The translations under genes and the position numbers were made by a program. DNA of 64,000 bases from a virus. The notes under the pieces were generated by a model. The model was not told the origin of the DNA, searched no databases, and worked only from the letters and a program-made list of their open reading frames with translations. Location: the IMG/VR virus record IMGVR_UViG_3300032245_001127, one strand, 5' to 3'. Below are positions 1 to 10,766 of this stretch, one piece after another (position 1 is the first letter of the stretch; each line of letters opens with the position of its first letter).

Positions 1-1366
1 CTATCGCACGATTAATCGGTCTTCTATTCTCAACGTAGATAACATCGCCACTGTCAGCTTGAATTTCTGGATTTGTTAATGCTCCAGAAGTAAATGTTAC
101 AGCGACTGGTGTTACTCCATCAGAAGCATACATCGTAATCGTTTCACTAGATTGAAATGATGCACCAGTTGGATTGTCTGTACGAGTTTGAATATAACGA
201 ATTAAATTGCTCGCTGTATTGATTGATACGATACGACCTTTTGCGTTTGATGTACCACCTGATATAATTCGATCAACTAATGGTGTTCCAACAAGAGATG
301 AATATGCAACTTGTTTTGTTGCTGTTCTTGTTGAAAGAGTCGCAACGTTTGTAGTACCAAAGTTATAAGGATCACGAACTAATGTAATACGACGATAGTC
401 ATTGTCAACTGGGAAGTCGCCAGAACCATCATTGTATTCTAATCTTACGTTCATCATTACATAAAATGCACCTAATTCTTTTACTGAATCAGAACCATGT
501 CCACCTTTTGGTGAAATGATTGCAGATGCTGCAGCATTCGCTCCAGAACCACCTGAGAAAGAAACAGTTGCATATGTGTAACCAGAACCACCAGATGTAA
601 TTGTTACACCAGTGATTGTGTTACTTCCTGGATCTCTTACAGCTGTTGCTGTTGCACCAGTACCATCACCAATAATAGTTACTAATGGTGTTCCTGAGTA
701 TCCTGAACCAGCATTTGTTACTTTTATAAAATCAATTCTTCCGTCGACGGCAGCTTGTTCAACAAGATATTGATTATAGTAAGCATCTGTAGATCCTGGA
801 TTAGATCCGATCTTTTTAACTGGAATAAAATCTGTAGAAACAAATTTTAAAACGTTTGCTGGAGAAACTGTGAACATATATTTCCACTTATAACTGTCCG
901 CAGTTGTAATAATTGATGTGCCTGTTCCTGTTGGTTTTGTAGTTGAAGCAGCACCACTATTATTTGAAATACATTTATAAACATTGTATTCGTCTGTAAT
1001 TACATAATAGTTTGCATCAAATAAAGTTGCAGGTGTTGTTGCTCCACCAGAGTCAATGTTTACACCAGCAGTAGTTCCATTGTAATCGTGGCGATACATA
1101 TCATAATATTTTCCTGAAGTCCAATCACGTCTTGGAATAGAAAGGATTACATCAGATGCTTGAACTCGCTTTAAAGCGATCATATCATCCCAGTAATATA
1201 ATTCGTCTGATACTGTATCTTTTGGTGTATCTGGTAAATTGTCGTCAGTCCATGATTGTGGTCTTCCGATACCAAGATATATATTTGTTGCTGAAGATTC
1301 GTCAAAACCCTCTAAAAATGATTGCGCATTATGAATGCGAAATTTATTTGAAATAATTGCTGCCAT
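1..1366 (-). CDS. gp8: Baseplate wedge subunit gp8 (runs off the left edge; absent from the ORF track)
   Basis: Manual translation from ATG at 1366: MAAIISNKFRIHNAQSFLEGFDESSATNIYLGIGRPQSW...; near position 1 it reads IYVENRRPINRA. Both are typical of T4-like gp8, and it follows gp7 and gp6. Confidence 0.85.
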   Translation of the reverse strand, partial: MAAIISNKFRIHNAQSFLEGFDESSATNIYLGIGRPQSWTDDNLPDTPKDTVSDELYYWDDMIALKRVQASDVILSIPRRDWTSGKYYDMYRHDYNGTTAGVNIDSGGATTPATLFDANYYVITDEYNVYKCISNNSGAASTTKPTGTGTSIITTADSYKWKYMFTVSPANVLKFVSTDFIPVKKIGSNPGSTDAYYNQYLVEQAAVDGRIDFIKVTNAGSGYSGTPLVTIIGDGTGATATAVRDPGSNTITGVTITSGGSGYTYATVSFSGGSGANAAASAIISPKGGHGSDSVKELGAFYVMMNVRLEYNDGSGDFPVDNDYRRITLVRDPYNFGTTNVATLSTRTATKQVAYSSLVGTPLVDRIISGGTSNAKGRIVSINTASNLIRYIQTRTDNPTGASFQSSETITMYASDGVTPVAVTFTSGALTNPEIQADSGDVIYVENRRPINRAI

Positions 1367-1384
1367 GTTTGTTTTCCTGTAATT

Positions 1385-4003
1385 TTAAGTATATAAATCA
1401 AATTTAAGAGTATCGACATCCCATTTATATTCTGTTGTATCGAACTCAACACTGTCTGCGTCAAACGTATATGTATCATCCCATGTAAAACGAGCATCGT
1501 CTGTGGAGAATCTTAATGCCGATGCAGGTAATCTAATGATACCTATTTCTGACTCAATTGCAAAATTGACTTTTCTATATGGACTATTTAGTACATCTGA
1601 AACAGTCAAACTACCAAAATCTTTAATTTGTGTATTTCCAATCCCCCAGTAGTTATAATTAGGATTCGGATACGTATTAATTACTCCATACGTCGAAGTA
1701 GTATAAGCAGGTGTTCCGTCTATATTTGCGTATTTTGTACCAAATACCGATGGTTTATGCGTAAATTTGTATCTTTCAAGATCAACTAGATTGGCTCCTG
1801 CTCTTCTTGCAGAACCATCAAAAGCTGGACTTGATCTTTCAACTAAATTCGTTTGATTCGAACGATATAATACTTGATCAGTAACCTTTGAACGAGTAAT
1901 AATCGTTTTTGCCTGCTCGAATCCAATTACTTCAGGTCTTAGATCAAGTAAATGAATTTGATCAATAGGCAAGTTCGGGAAGTTAAGAATTGGTAAAAAT
2001 TCACTCGAACTAATACTTATATTTAGGTGACTCACTATGAAATCTGTTAAATAAAGTGTTATTTGTTCTTTATTTGCAGAAGCATAGACTTCATAAGCAG
2101 TTCTATAATTTCCAACTGCTCGCATTTTAGCATCAATAATTTTTCGAACTGTATAGTTAATTGAGCTTGAATGAATAGATGCTCGAGAAGTTGCAGTAGA
2201 TTTAAGTTTTACTTCTCCGAAAAGTGCTAATCCGATTGGATGCAATAGTTTTTTAACTGCATCACGATATTGATTAATACTTTGTCCTACTTTAATTACA
2301 TATGAATAATCTTGATAATATAGTGAATCTTGAATTCTTTTGCTTGATTCTGATATCTTTCCGTCTGTATTACTAAATCCACCAATTTGTTTTCCGACGG
2401 CACCAACACTAGCTCGAATAGATGGATTATTTACAGAAGTAATTACTGCAGTGGTATTCGAAACTGTACCTCGAATATCCATATGTTTTATAAAATAGCC
2501 CGATTCTTCACGAACAAATATATCTTCATCTTCATCAAGTAAATAGCCTGAACCATCTTCGAGTAAATAACCACCGAATGATGTAGATTCTTTTAATTTA
2601 ATTAAATGTAAATCCCCATCAATATTTTCAAGAATACCAGAAGCATTTTGTTGTTTCTCTGAAAGGAATTTTTCTCCACTCTCTAATAATAAATTATCAT
2701 CTAGGCTGGTTTCTAAACCTAACTTTTGTGGAAGCGAAACGATCGATTCACCAACAATAAAATTTCCTGATGGGTTTTTAATTACAGCATAGGTTGGTAT
2801 TTGTAAATTTGGAGGATTAATGTAATTAAACCCAGATTCTGGAACTACAATACTTGAAATTGTTCCAATATCATTTGACTCTGCTAATACTTTACCACCA
2901 GTTCTTCCTGCTCCAGTTGGTAATGAAACTTTAGGAAGTCGATTGTAAAAAAATCCACCATTAATAACAGTTACTTTTTTGATCGGTCCAGAATTAGAAG
3001 TTTCGATATCTAATTCTCCTAATGACTCACTTAAAATTTTACCTCCACCTTCAAGTAATAAACTATCTCTATCTATTTCTGTTATATTTGCGACTGCACT
3101 TAAACTTGGAGAATTTTCTGGTCCACCAGTTCCAGTATTATCGAAAAGAATAGGATCGCCAATTAAATATCCAGTTCCTCTATTTGCAATTGTAATATTT
3201 GTTACAGATCCTGGAAGAATAGTTGCTACTTCAGCACGAGCAAGTGCTCCTGTTGAAGATATAAATCCGATTAAATCACCAACTGTATAATAAGATCCTC
3301 CACTTGTAATATCAAAATCATTAATGATAGATAAAACGTTACAACTAACAACCGAATTGTCAATATTAGATCTTGATGTAATCGTAAAAGATTCAGAATC
3401 CGTTTGAGAGTAAAAAACTCCAGTAATACTATCTTCTGATAAAGTTAATTCTGAAATAGTTGTTCCTAGATAATCAAATTCTGTAACGTTTTCAACTCGA
3501 GCTGTTGCAATCTGTACACTACCATCTTGATAGTTTCTTGTTTGAGTGATTGTTTGTCCAACGATATTTCTCGCGTCCCCAATAATTGAAGTTGCTCTTA
3601 AAATGTTTCTTTGACTCCATTTACCATCAGAAACACGAAGCATATCGATTTTAGGATAATATACTTCTGCGTCTTCATTAAAAAGTATTCGGAATAAAAA
3701 CTTATAAGAGTTCTCTGTACCTTTACTTAAATATAAATTCTTAATATTTTTAGCTAAGAATCTTTTATTTGAAATTATATCTTGTGGGATTGGTGCAAGT
3801 ATTTCTTTTTTAAAATAGTCTATAAAAAAATCTACTGTATTATCGATATCTTTAATATCTTCAAGATTAGATTGTGGATAAAAGTTTTCAAGCCACTCGT
3901 AGTATGCTTTAAGAAAATCTACAAATTTAGTATTTTCTTCACGAATAAATTCGGGAACTTGTTTTGATACTACTGTTGATGCTTTCGCTTTTACGTATGC
4001 CAT
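1385..4003 (-). CDS. gp7: Baseplate wedge initiator gp7-like
   Basis: VPEFIREENTKFVDFLKAYYEWLE, LYLSKGTENSYKFLFRILF, RIQDSLYYQDYSYVIK, VKKLLHPIG motifs; lies between gp6 and gp8. Confidence 0.85.
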   Translation of the reverse strand: MAYVKAKASTVVSKQVPEFIREENTKFVDFLKAYYEWLENFYPQSNLEDIKDIDNTVDFFIDYFKKEILAPIPQDIISNKRFLAKNIKNLYLSKGTENSYKFLFRILFNEDAEVYYPKIDMLRVSDGKWSQRNILRATSIIGDARNIVGQTITQTRNYQDGSVQIATARVENVTEFDYLGTTISELTLSEDSITGVFYSQTDSESFTITSRSNIDNSVVSCNVLSIINDFDITSGGSYYTVGDLIGFISSTGALARAEVATILPGSVTNITIANRGTGYLIGDPILFDNTGTGGPENSPSLSAVANITEIDRDSLLLEGGGKILSESLGELDIETSNSGPIKKVTVINGGFFYNRLPKVSLPTGAGRTGGKVLAESNDIGTISSIVVPESGFNYINPPNLQIPTYAVIKNPSGNFIVGESIVSLPQKLGLETSLDDNLLLESGEKFLSEKQQNASGILENIDGDLHLIKLKESTSFGGYLLEDGSGYLLDEDEDIFVREESGYFIKHMDIRGTVSNTTAVITSVNNPSIRASVGAVGKQIGGFSNTDGKISESSKRIQDSLYYQDYSYVIKVGQSINQYRDAVKKLLHPIGLALFGEVKLKSTATSRASIHSSSINYTVRKIIDAKMRAVGNYRTAYEVYASANKEQITLYLTDFIVSHLNISISSSEFLPILNFPNLPIDQIHLLDLRPEVIGFEQAKTIITRSKVTDQVLYRSNQTNLVERSSPAFDGSARRAGANLVDLERYKFTHKPSVFGTKYANIDGTPAYTTSTYGVINTYPNPNYNYWGIGNTQIKDFGSLTVSDVLNSPYRKVNFAIESEIGIIRLPASALRFSTDDARFTWDDTYTFDADSVEFDTTEYKWDVDTLKFDLYT

Positions 4004-4005
4004 GT

Positions 4006-5853
4006 CTATCTACTAGATGTAAATATAAAGTCTTTACCTGAACTTGATTCGCCTGATGCTATTTTATCTGCAATTACATTTACAATAATATCTTGTTCAC
4101 GAATAAAAGACAACTGATTTCTTACTGATATAACATCATATGAATTAGGTTCAGCTGTAAACACAATTTTTCCAAATGAATTTCCACTTGAAATATTGAT
4201 GCTGTCTAATTGAATTTTTCCTGTAGTATAATCAACTGTTCCAATGTAATTTGGAGTATATACTTTTGCGTTTGAAGCTGTTAAATAATACAATCTTAAA
4301 TTTCCAATAGTATTATCTTCAATAAAGTAAGTATAATTGCTTCCTGCTATATTAAATCCAGAAGATGTAACTGCTGCAAAAGAATTTTGAGCATTGGTAT
4401 TATGATATAATGGATTATTTAATTTGATTGTATATTTTGTTGTATTATTAAAACTTGGTGTAAGTTCGTATTTAAGTTTAATTTTTGTTATATTCGAAAC
4501 GATACTATCTTCAGAATTATCAATTAACTTAGATAAAGCTGATTCTCTAAAAATAGAATCAAAACGATTCAAATTAGTTGTATTGTAATTTTCAATCACA
4601 TCAGATACAAGTGTTTTAATAGTATCTGCACCACGTGTAGTTGCTTTTGGATTGTAATATACTGTTGAATCTACATTAATATAAAGTATTTCAGCATCAA
4701 CTATTTCTGGTAATATAGAAACTAAATTTTTACTTTTTACAATATTTGTTATAATATCAGTTTTAGTAGATTGAGTAAGTGTAGTTCCTGTTTTTGGTTT
4801 AATACAAATAAATGCTTTTCCATAAATTGGTGGATCGTTTTCTTCGCCACCCCAAACAGAAATAGCATCAACGTTATTATATAATTTTGGTATAATTACT
4901 TTATAATCATCAGCTGTTACTGCACGATTTTGAGCAGCATAATATCTTGGCGCATTGTATTTAATACTTTCGATAGATTCTGGTTCAGTTCCACCAGCAG
5001 CTGGAGATGTTGTTGTGATTGTAACGTTTGCTGTATTTGTAAATGCGTTTCCTGTATAAGTGAATACACGTGAGTCGTTTGCTGCATTCTCATTGCATGA
5101 AAAATAATCTAAAGTTACAATCGAACCATTTGTTGGCTTATAACCAATTAAACCATCTCCAAAATAAATTTCGAATAAACCATCATCTCTTTCTTTTAAA
5201 AAATAAACTCTTGAATTTGCACTAACAGAAGTAAACCCATCATTTAAATTATAGATAGTTGTTGCTGCAGAGTTAGGATCTTCTTGAACTAATACTTTTA
5301 ATGTCGTAGTGTCTATTTTTGGATTCGGAAGAACATATGAAACGTTATTTCCAACTGTATATGTTCGAATTAAATTTGTTCCTTCGATTAATGTTACGTT
5401 CGAAAAAAGATATGTATTTAAAACAGATCTAGTTGTAGTAATTGCAGACTCTGTATTAAAATTATAATTAGTGCCATTATAGTTAGTACGGAATATTGTT
5501 CCTCTCGGAAGAACTATGGATGTTGGATTTCCTGATACGTTAGAAACTGAAATATTTACTGTTGCTTTTGCAGCAATTGAAGACTTTGGAATATACCCAA
5601 GCATTTTTGCTAATGATACTACAGAAGATCTTTTTACTGCTGAATCAAGAAACATCTCATTTACACTTAAATTATAATATAAAGCATTATAATGTGTATT
5701 ATAAGCAAGAACATCCAAAAGAACTGACATTCCAGATCCTTCGAAATTATAGTCAGTAAATTCAGGTTGAGTTTTTAAATAGTTTTTTAAATTACTTTTA
5801 ATTTCGTCAAAATCTAATTCTGTTACTTTAATATTTTTATTTTGTGTTGCCAT
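4006..5853 (-). CDS. gp6: Baseplate wedge subunit gp6
   Basis: ELDFDEIKSNLKNYL...FTDYNFEGSGMSVLLDVLAYNTHY; AQNRAVTADDY; WGGEEN. Confidence 0.93.
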   Translation of the reverse strand: MATQNKNIKVTELDFDEIKSNLKNYLKTQPEFTDYNFEGSGMSVLLDVLAYNTHYNALYYNLSVNEMFLDSAVKRSSVVSLAKMLGYIPKSSIAAKATVNISVSNVSGNPTSIVLPRGTIFRTNYNGTNYNFNTESAITTTRSVLNTYLFSNVTLIEGTNLIRTYTVGNNVSYVLPNPKIDTTTLKVLVQEDPNSAATTIYNLNDGFTSVSANSRVYFLKERDDGLFEIYFGDGLIGYKPTNGSIVTLDYFSCNENAANDSRVFTYTGNAFTNTANVTITTTSPAAGGTEPESIESIKYNAPRYYAAQNRAVTADDYKVIIPKLYNNVDAISVWGGEENDPPIYGKAFICIKPKTGTTLTQSTKTDIITNIVKSKNLVSILPEIVDAEILYINVDSTVYYNPKATTRGADTIKTLVSDVIENYNTTNLNRFDSIFRESALSKLIDNSEDSIVSNITKIKLKYELTPSFNNTTKYTIKLNNPLYHNTNAQNSFAAVTSSGFNIAGSNYTYFIEDNTIGNLRLYYLTASNAKVYTPNYIGTVDYTTGKIQLDSINISSGNSFGKIVFTAEPNSYDVISVRNQLSFIREQDIIVNVIADKIASGESSSGKDFIFTSSR

Positions 5854-6245
5854 TATCGTGTTCTTTCTAGAGTTAAATTCAATTCAATTGGTGTAAAGGT
5901 ATTAATGATTTTAAAGATTATCTTTACATCAACATAATTTTCATCAGGACGAATATTTACTATTACGTCAATTAGATCTGCTCTTGGTTCAAAATTACGA
6001 ATTACATCAACAATACTTCTTTTTAATAATGCTTTAGTCATTGGAGTTGCAGGTTCGAACAACAATGCGCGAACTTGAGATCCTATTTCACTATGAAATG
6101 GTCGCTCGTAATTTCTTGTTAATACAAGATTTTTAATACTTTGTTTTACAGCAGTTTCATCGTATTTACGTGATATATCTCCATTTACTGGATGAGCAGT
6201 AAAATTTAAATCTAAATCGATGAATGTTCTTGAGTTATTTGCCAT
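5853..6245 (-). CDS. gp25: Baseplate wedge subunit gp25 (likely start ATG 6245, MANNSRTF)
   Basis: FIDLDLNF..HP; AVKQSIKNLVLT...ERPF; IRNFEPR. A late-promoter motif lies just upstream of 6245. Confidence 0.9.
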   Translation of the reverse strand: MANNSRTFIDLDLNFTAHPVNGDISRKYDETAVKQSIKNLVLTRNYERPFHSEIGSQVRALLFEPATPMTKALLKRSIVDVIRNFEPRADLIDVIVNIRPDENYVDVKIIFKIINTFTPIELNLTLERTR

Positions 6246-6250
6246 AGCAT

Positions 6251-6257
6251 TATTTAG
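6251..6257 (-). promoter_or_regulatory. Late promoter CTAAATA (gp25-gp6-gp7-gp8)
   Basis: Variant of the T4 late consensus TATAAATA, 5 nt before ATG. Confidence 0.7.
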
Positions 6258-6258
6258 G

Positions 6259-6564
6259 TTATCCACCTATAAAAACTTTGTTACTTCCAGAGCCTATTTT
6301 ATCACCACAAGCAATATTATCAAAAGTTCTACTCGCTGGATATCCTTCGATCGTTACTTTCGTTGAACCAGTCGAAACTTTACGTTGAACACCAGCATGC
6401 GTAATTAATAAGCAAGTATGACTAATATAGATTGTTCTATTCGTTTGTACTACTGGTTTTCCCTGAATAGTCGTCTTTAATGAGAACGGACCACTCGGAA
6501 GTCTTGCTGGCCAACATCCATGACCAGTCGAAAGTGTAGTCGAAATTGCAGCTGGTTTTAACAT
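6259..6564 (-). CDS. PAAR-repeat spike tip protein (gp5.4-like)
   Basis: STGHGCWP...STGSTKVTIEGYPASR.FDNIACG...GSNKVFIG; directly downstream of gp5. Confidence 0.88.
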   Translation of the reverse strand: MLKPAAISTTLSTGHGCWPARLPSGPFSLKTTIQGKPVVQTNRTIYISHTCLLITHAGVQRKVSTGSTKVTIEGYPASRTFDNIACGDKIGSGSNKVFIGG

Positions 6565-9000
6565 TTAAACCTCTGATATAAGAGTAAAGCCATCAGCAAT
6601 CTTTAAATGATCTCGAACTGTAAATGTTTCATATCTATTTCCATCATATTTCCATGATATGTGTAACCAAACTGTTTTTGCGCCAGCATATGAAAGAACG
6701 ATTCGATCATATCCATATGGTAAATTTTCAGCTAATGCGATTGCTGCAGCAACATGTTGCGCACGATTCCATCCTGAGAAACGTATATCAACTGCTTCAC
6801 CAACATAATGTTGTGAAGATTCTGGTGCTCCTGGAATTTCTTCTTTATTTCTAAACCCATTTAGAATAATTAAATTTGCATATAAATCTTTTGCTGGTTC
6901 AAGAACATATTCGCATAATCCTTTTAAATTACAAACGATTGACGATTTGGTCACACCTAATTGATCGATAATCGGTATTCCACCATTTCGATTAAGTGCT
7001 GCTAATTGTATTCGAGCAGATAATTGAAGACTTGGATCAAAAGTTGTTAAACTATCGATTAATTCGCAATTTCGTGAAGCGATTGATGGAACCACACCAC
7101 CAACTGGAATTGTGTTTGCTCCTAAAGTTCCTAAATCTAAATTTTTACTTAAATATAATCCACGAGTTATTTGTCTTTGTCTGTGTGCGATCGCATCTCC
7201 TTCGTCTGGAGTTTCATAAAGTAGTTGTTCACGATTACTTCGAGAATTCACAATCAATGGTGAAAACACAGGCATAATTGGAGATTCTACTGCGTTTTCG
7301 TTAATAGCTAATCCAGTTGAAGAATATCCTTCTCCTATTTCTATTTTTGCGCCATCAATTTGAGTTAAATTTTCTCCATTAATTGAGAATGTTCCTTTAG
7401 CTTCCATTAATATATTATTCGCAATTACATTATAATTTCCTGCAACGTTTGCATTTAAATTTCCAGCAATAATTAAATTACAATCATTATTAATTTGTAT
7501 ATCTCCTGGACCATCGATTCTTATTTTACCACCATTCTTTACTACGATATCTAATTCGCCATAAACTGTTAAAACCTTTGACCCATTGCTTACTTCGTAA
7601 GTGTTTCGTTCATTTAATACGTATCGATCTCCTGCGACACGATCAGTTAATGTTCCATTTGAATCCCATTCGTGCCAAGATCCTCTACGATGATATAGAT
7701 TAATACGTTCAGCATTCGGTGTATCGTCCATTTCAAATACATGACCACTTTCTGTTTCAATTACTTTATTAAATGGATATTCAGCATTATAAGGTACTTC
7801 TGGTGCGTCCCATGTACTATAATCAAATCTTTCTAAATTAAATGCACGTGCTGCTTCTTTTTGATACACGGAAGTTTTATCTATATTCTCATGTCTTGCT
7901 AATCTGCTTGTATCTGGTTCGTTAGTATATGTAACATATCCAGATGCAGCACCGAATAATCCAGCATAAACGCCTTTTTTAGTTCCAGCATTACCAGAAG
8001 AATTGTTTGTGCCTATCGGATCTACATAAGCCGTATTTTCATCAAAAAGTTCTCCACCAAATTTTGGTGTTCCAACTGAAGTGAATTTTTTTGCTGCAGC
8101 AGTTCTTCTTGATTTTTTTGATGAAATTCCACCAAAAGATATTCCTGATAAACTACTTAAAACACTATCAACTCCAATACCACTCGCTAATCCTGAAATA
8201 GCACCAGCAGCACCAGCATAGTCTGCCGAATTAATAAGTGGTAATACTGAAGATGCTTTAAATGCACCAACTCCTAAATCAGAAGCAACATCGACTACAG
8301 AATCAAACATTTCTTGATTGACTAATCCTCGAACTGAACCTGCAAGATTTGCGGCAACATCATCATTTAAATAATTTTTAAATTCAGAAACAGCGATTGG
8401 TTGATCTACACTTCCAGGATAAGTAGAAGAAACAGGCAATCCTTGCCAAGAAGTTTGACCATAACCAATTGTATATGTGTCGACACCATTTATTTTAGAA
8501 AGAACTGGTGTATCAGAAAAAGGGGTATTCTCTATAATACTATTTACTGTTGCATCTGTAACAGAAAATGTAGAGAAAGGTCTTGCGTCTTGTATTTCGA
8601 GAGATGCGTTTGAAATTTCACCACTATAAGTTTTCGTTACTCCATCAGAACCAATTCCGATTGAAGATGCAGTATTCACTTTTCGATCAGCAGGCTTAAT
8701 AGATAATGTTGTTTCGTTGTTTTGTGGAATCCCTGCAAGTGTTCCGAATATGACTGGAACTTGTTGATCTTTATCTGTAAACCCAATCAATACGACACTG
8801 CCAAGAGTAATTCCTGTTGGGCTAATTCCTATGCCAGCACTCGCAGCAGAATTAATCGATGAAACAGGCATCGCCCATGGTAAATCTACTGTTGGAAGTA
8901 TAGAAACATCTTCGTCATGTACACCAACTACACGTACTTGACATCTTCCTAATTTTAATGGGTCGTTTCTATTTTCAACTCTTCCTATATAAAATTGCAT
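6565..9000 (-). CDS. gp5: Baseplate central spike gp5: OB-fold, lysozyme-like domain, beta-helix, C-terminal peptidase M15-like domain
   Basis: GRVENRNDPLKLGRCQVRVVGVH...LPWA; YTIGYG; YPFNKVIETESGHVFEMDDTP.AERI..YHR.G; SQHYVGEAVD...WLHISW. Confidence 0.9.
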   Translation of the reverse strand: MQFYIGRVENRNDPLKLGRCQVRVVGVHDEDVSILPTVDLPWAMPVSSINSAASAGIGISPTGITLGSVVLIGFTDKDQQVPVIFGTLAGIPQNNETTLSIKPADRKVNTASSIGIGSDGVTKTYSGEISNASLEIQDARPFSTFSVTDATVNSIIENTPFSDTPVLSKINGVDTYTIGYGQTSWQGLPVSSTYPGSVDQPIAVSEFKNYLNDDVAANLAGSVRGLVNQEMFDSVVDVASDLGVGAFKASSVLPLINSADYAGAAGAISGLASGIGVDSVLSSLSGISFGGISSKKSRRTAAAKKFTSVGTPKFGGELFDENTAYVDPIGTNNSSGNAGTKKGVYAGLFGAASGYVTYTNEPDTSRLARHENIDKTSVYQKEAARAFNLERFDYSTWDAPEVPYNAEYPFNKVIETESGHVFEMDDTPNAERINLYHRRGSWHEWDSNGTLTDRVAGDRYVLNERNTYEVSNGSKVLTVYGELDIVVKNGGKIRIDGPGDIQINNDCNLIIAGNLNANVAGNYNVIANNILMEAKGTFSINGENLTQIDGAKIEIGEGYSSTGLAINENAVESPIMPVFSPLIVNSRSNREQLLYETPDEGDAIAHRQRQITRGLYLSKNLDLGTLGANTIPVGGVVPSIASRNCELIDSLTTFDPSLQLSARIQLAALNRNGGIPIIDQLGVTKSSIVCNLKGLCEYVLEPAKDLYANLIILNGFRNKEEIPGAPESSQHYVGEAVDIRFSGWNRAQHVAAAIALAENLPYGYDRIVLSYAGAKTVWLHISWKYDGNRYETFTVRDHLKIADGFTLISEV

Positions 9001-10271
9001 TATGCTAACTCCGTAATTCCACTAATTAAACTGTCTTTAATTAATTCTATTGTACACACATGTTCCTTTGTACTTATATCGTGATTAATTGATGCAATTA
9101 AATAACGACCAGAATACATTGGATCAACTGTATCCATATCAGAAGAAGAAATGGGTGCTGATCTAAACGTTTTCATTGTAACAACTTTCCCAACTGTATA
9201 ATCTGTTCTTCCAGGAACTGTAATTTGTAATCTAAATCCTTGGGCAGTTGCAATCGCTGCGTTTCTTAATAAAAAAGAATCTGTATTGCTTACATCTTCA
9301 AATCCATTATGCATTGCTGTATGTTTAATTGAGTTATATGAAGATGAATATGGTGCTGAGATTACATTCGCTGACATTAATGGATTGCTATTTAAATGAG
9401 GTAATTTAGAGAAATCTTCAACTGAATCGTAATATTTTCTTTTAAATCTTTTTGTAATTAAATCATAAGTTGTCATTGTTGAGTTAAACATACCTTTTGT
9501 TAAACGATCGATAAAATCAAATCCTTTTGGCATGGTTAATTCTTTTGCTCTCTTATAATCTTCTTCTACATCTCGAATCGACTCTCCTTTAGAATTAGGA
9601 GTTCGATCGTAATTATCAACTATAAAATTTTGTAATGGTTCTTGTTTATATAAGCTGTTTAATGAAATAAAATTAAATCCGTCTCTATTTTCGAAAAACA
9701 AATAACTAGAGATACCATCTTTATTGATACTTTTTTCAGCAGTATAATTTAATGCTCGAATAGGACTCCAATGATTACATATAAACTTAATTCCATTAGA
9801 AGAAGTTTCGATATTGTATTGTTTATTTGTAGATAATCCATCATTATCGCCACGAATTAAACGATATGCTATATCTGAACAATAACCTGATTGAGCATTG
9901 GTTAATCTTAGATTCATATCTTTAATCGCTTCAATTGATATAAAATAAAGATTGTAAAGAGATTCTCTATCTTTTAATGAAATTTTATCAGATAGTTTAT
10001 ATACATAAAAACGACCTTTAAGAATTCGAGAATCTCCTTCGAAAGTTGGAGTAGAAACGTGTATGTCTACAAATTCTTCGCCGATTAATGGAAGTTGATT
10101 AATTAAATCTAAAGATTCTTTGATTGTTATTTTACCTGATATAAATGGAGAGAATAGATCTTCATAAATGGATATAGACGCCATTAATTGACGTATATCA
10201 ACCACACCAGTTTTACCGATTAAACTTAAATCATGTATTTCAACATCACCTGCAAATTTTAATTGTTCCAT
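9000..10271 (-). CDS. Baseplate hub protein (gp27-like)
   Basis: ISIYEDLFSPFISG, LPLIGEE, YLFFENRDGFNF, VPGRTD.TVG, YSGRYLIASINH; lies between gp53 and gp5. Confidence 0.75.
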   Translation of the reverse strand: MEQLKFAGDVEIHDLSLIGKTGVVDIRQLMASISIYEDLFSPFISGKITIKESLDLINQLPLIGEEFVDIHVSTPTFEGDSRILKGRFYVYKLSDKISLKDRESLYNLYFISIEAIKDMNLRLTNAQSGYCSDIAYRLIRGDNDGLSTNKQYNIETSSNGIKFICNHWSPIRALNYTAEKSINKDGISSYLFFENRDGFNFISLNSLYKQEPLQNFIVDNYDRTPNSKGESIRDVEEDYKRAKELTMPKGFDFIDRLTKGMFNSTMTTYDLITKRFKRKYYDSVEDFSKLPHLNSNPLMSANVISAPYSSSYNSIKHTAMHNGFEDVSNTDSFLLRNAAIATAQGFRLQITVPGRTDYTVGKVVTMKTFRSAPISSSDMDTVDPMYSGRYLIASINHDISTKEHVCTIELIKDSLISGITELA

Positions 10272-10274
10272 AAA

Positions 10275-10766
10275 TTATTGTATTAAACTATTTAATTCAT
10301 TTACTACTCGATTAATTAATGATGGTGCAATTAACTTAATTCTTCTTTTTGCGTCGTTAAGTGATATTTCATAATCTCTATTTGTAACTGCAGATGCTCC
10401 AGCGACAGTACTATCAACTACAAATCCATCTTTTCTATATTCTCTAATCGCATATGGGTTTTGATATTTACGATTAATATGTTCTTCTAATTGTGCCCAC
10501 TCAAGTGGGAAATCATTATATACATCATATCGTTCATTTGCAAGCATGATCACCCAATGTAATGAAGCATTACCATATACTTTTTCTGCAAGTATTTCTG
10601 GTGTTTCACCATCTTTCATATCATAGTATTCCCATAAGGTAATATTTGATAATACTTCTTTTCTTACTCTTACATTTTGAGTAATATCAGAAACTACTTT
10701 AAAAACATCAACATTTTTTTCTCTTAAAGTATAATATATTTTTGGAAATTTTTTAAAATAAGACAT
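10275..10766 (-). CDS. gp53: Baseplate wedge subunit gp53
   Basis: YFKKFPKIYY...DGETPEILAEKVYG...HWVIMLAN...YEISLNDAKRRIKLI. Confidence 0.9.
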   Translation of the reverse strand: MSYFKKFPKIYYTLREKNVDVFKVVSDITQNVRVRKEVLSNITLWEYYDMKDGETPEILAEKVYGNASLHWVIMLANERYDVYNDFPLEWAQLEEHINRKYQNPYAIREYRKDGFVVDSTVAGASAVTNRDYEISLNDAKRRIKLIAPSLINRVVNELNSLIQ

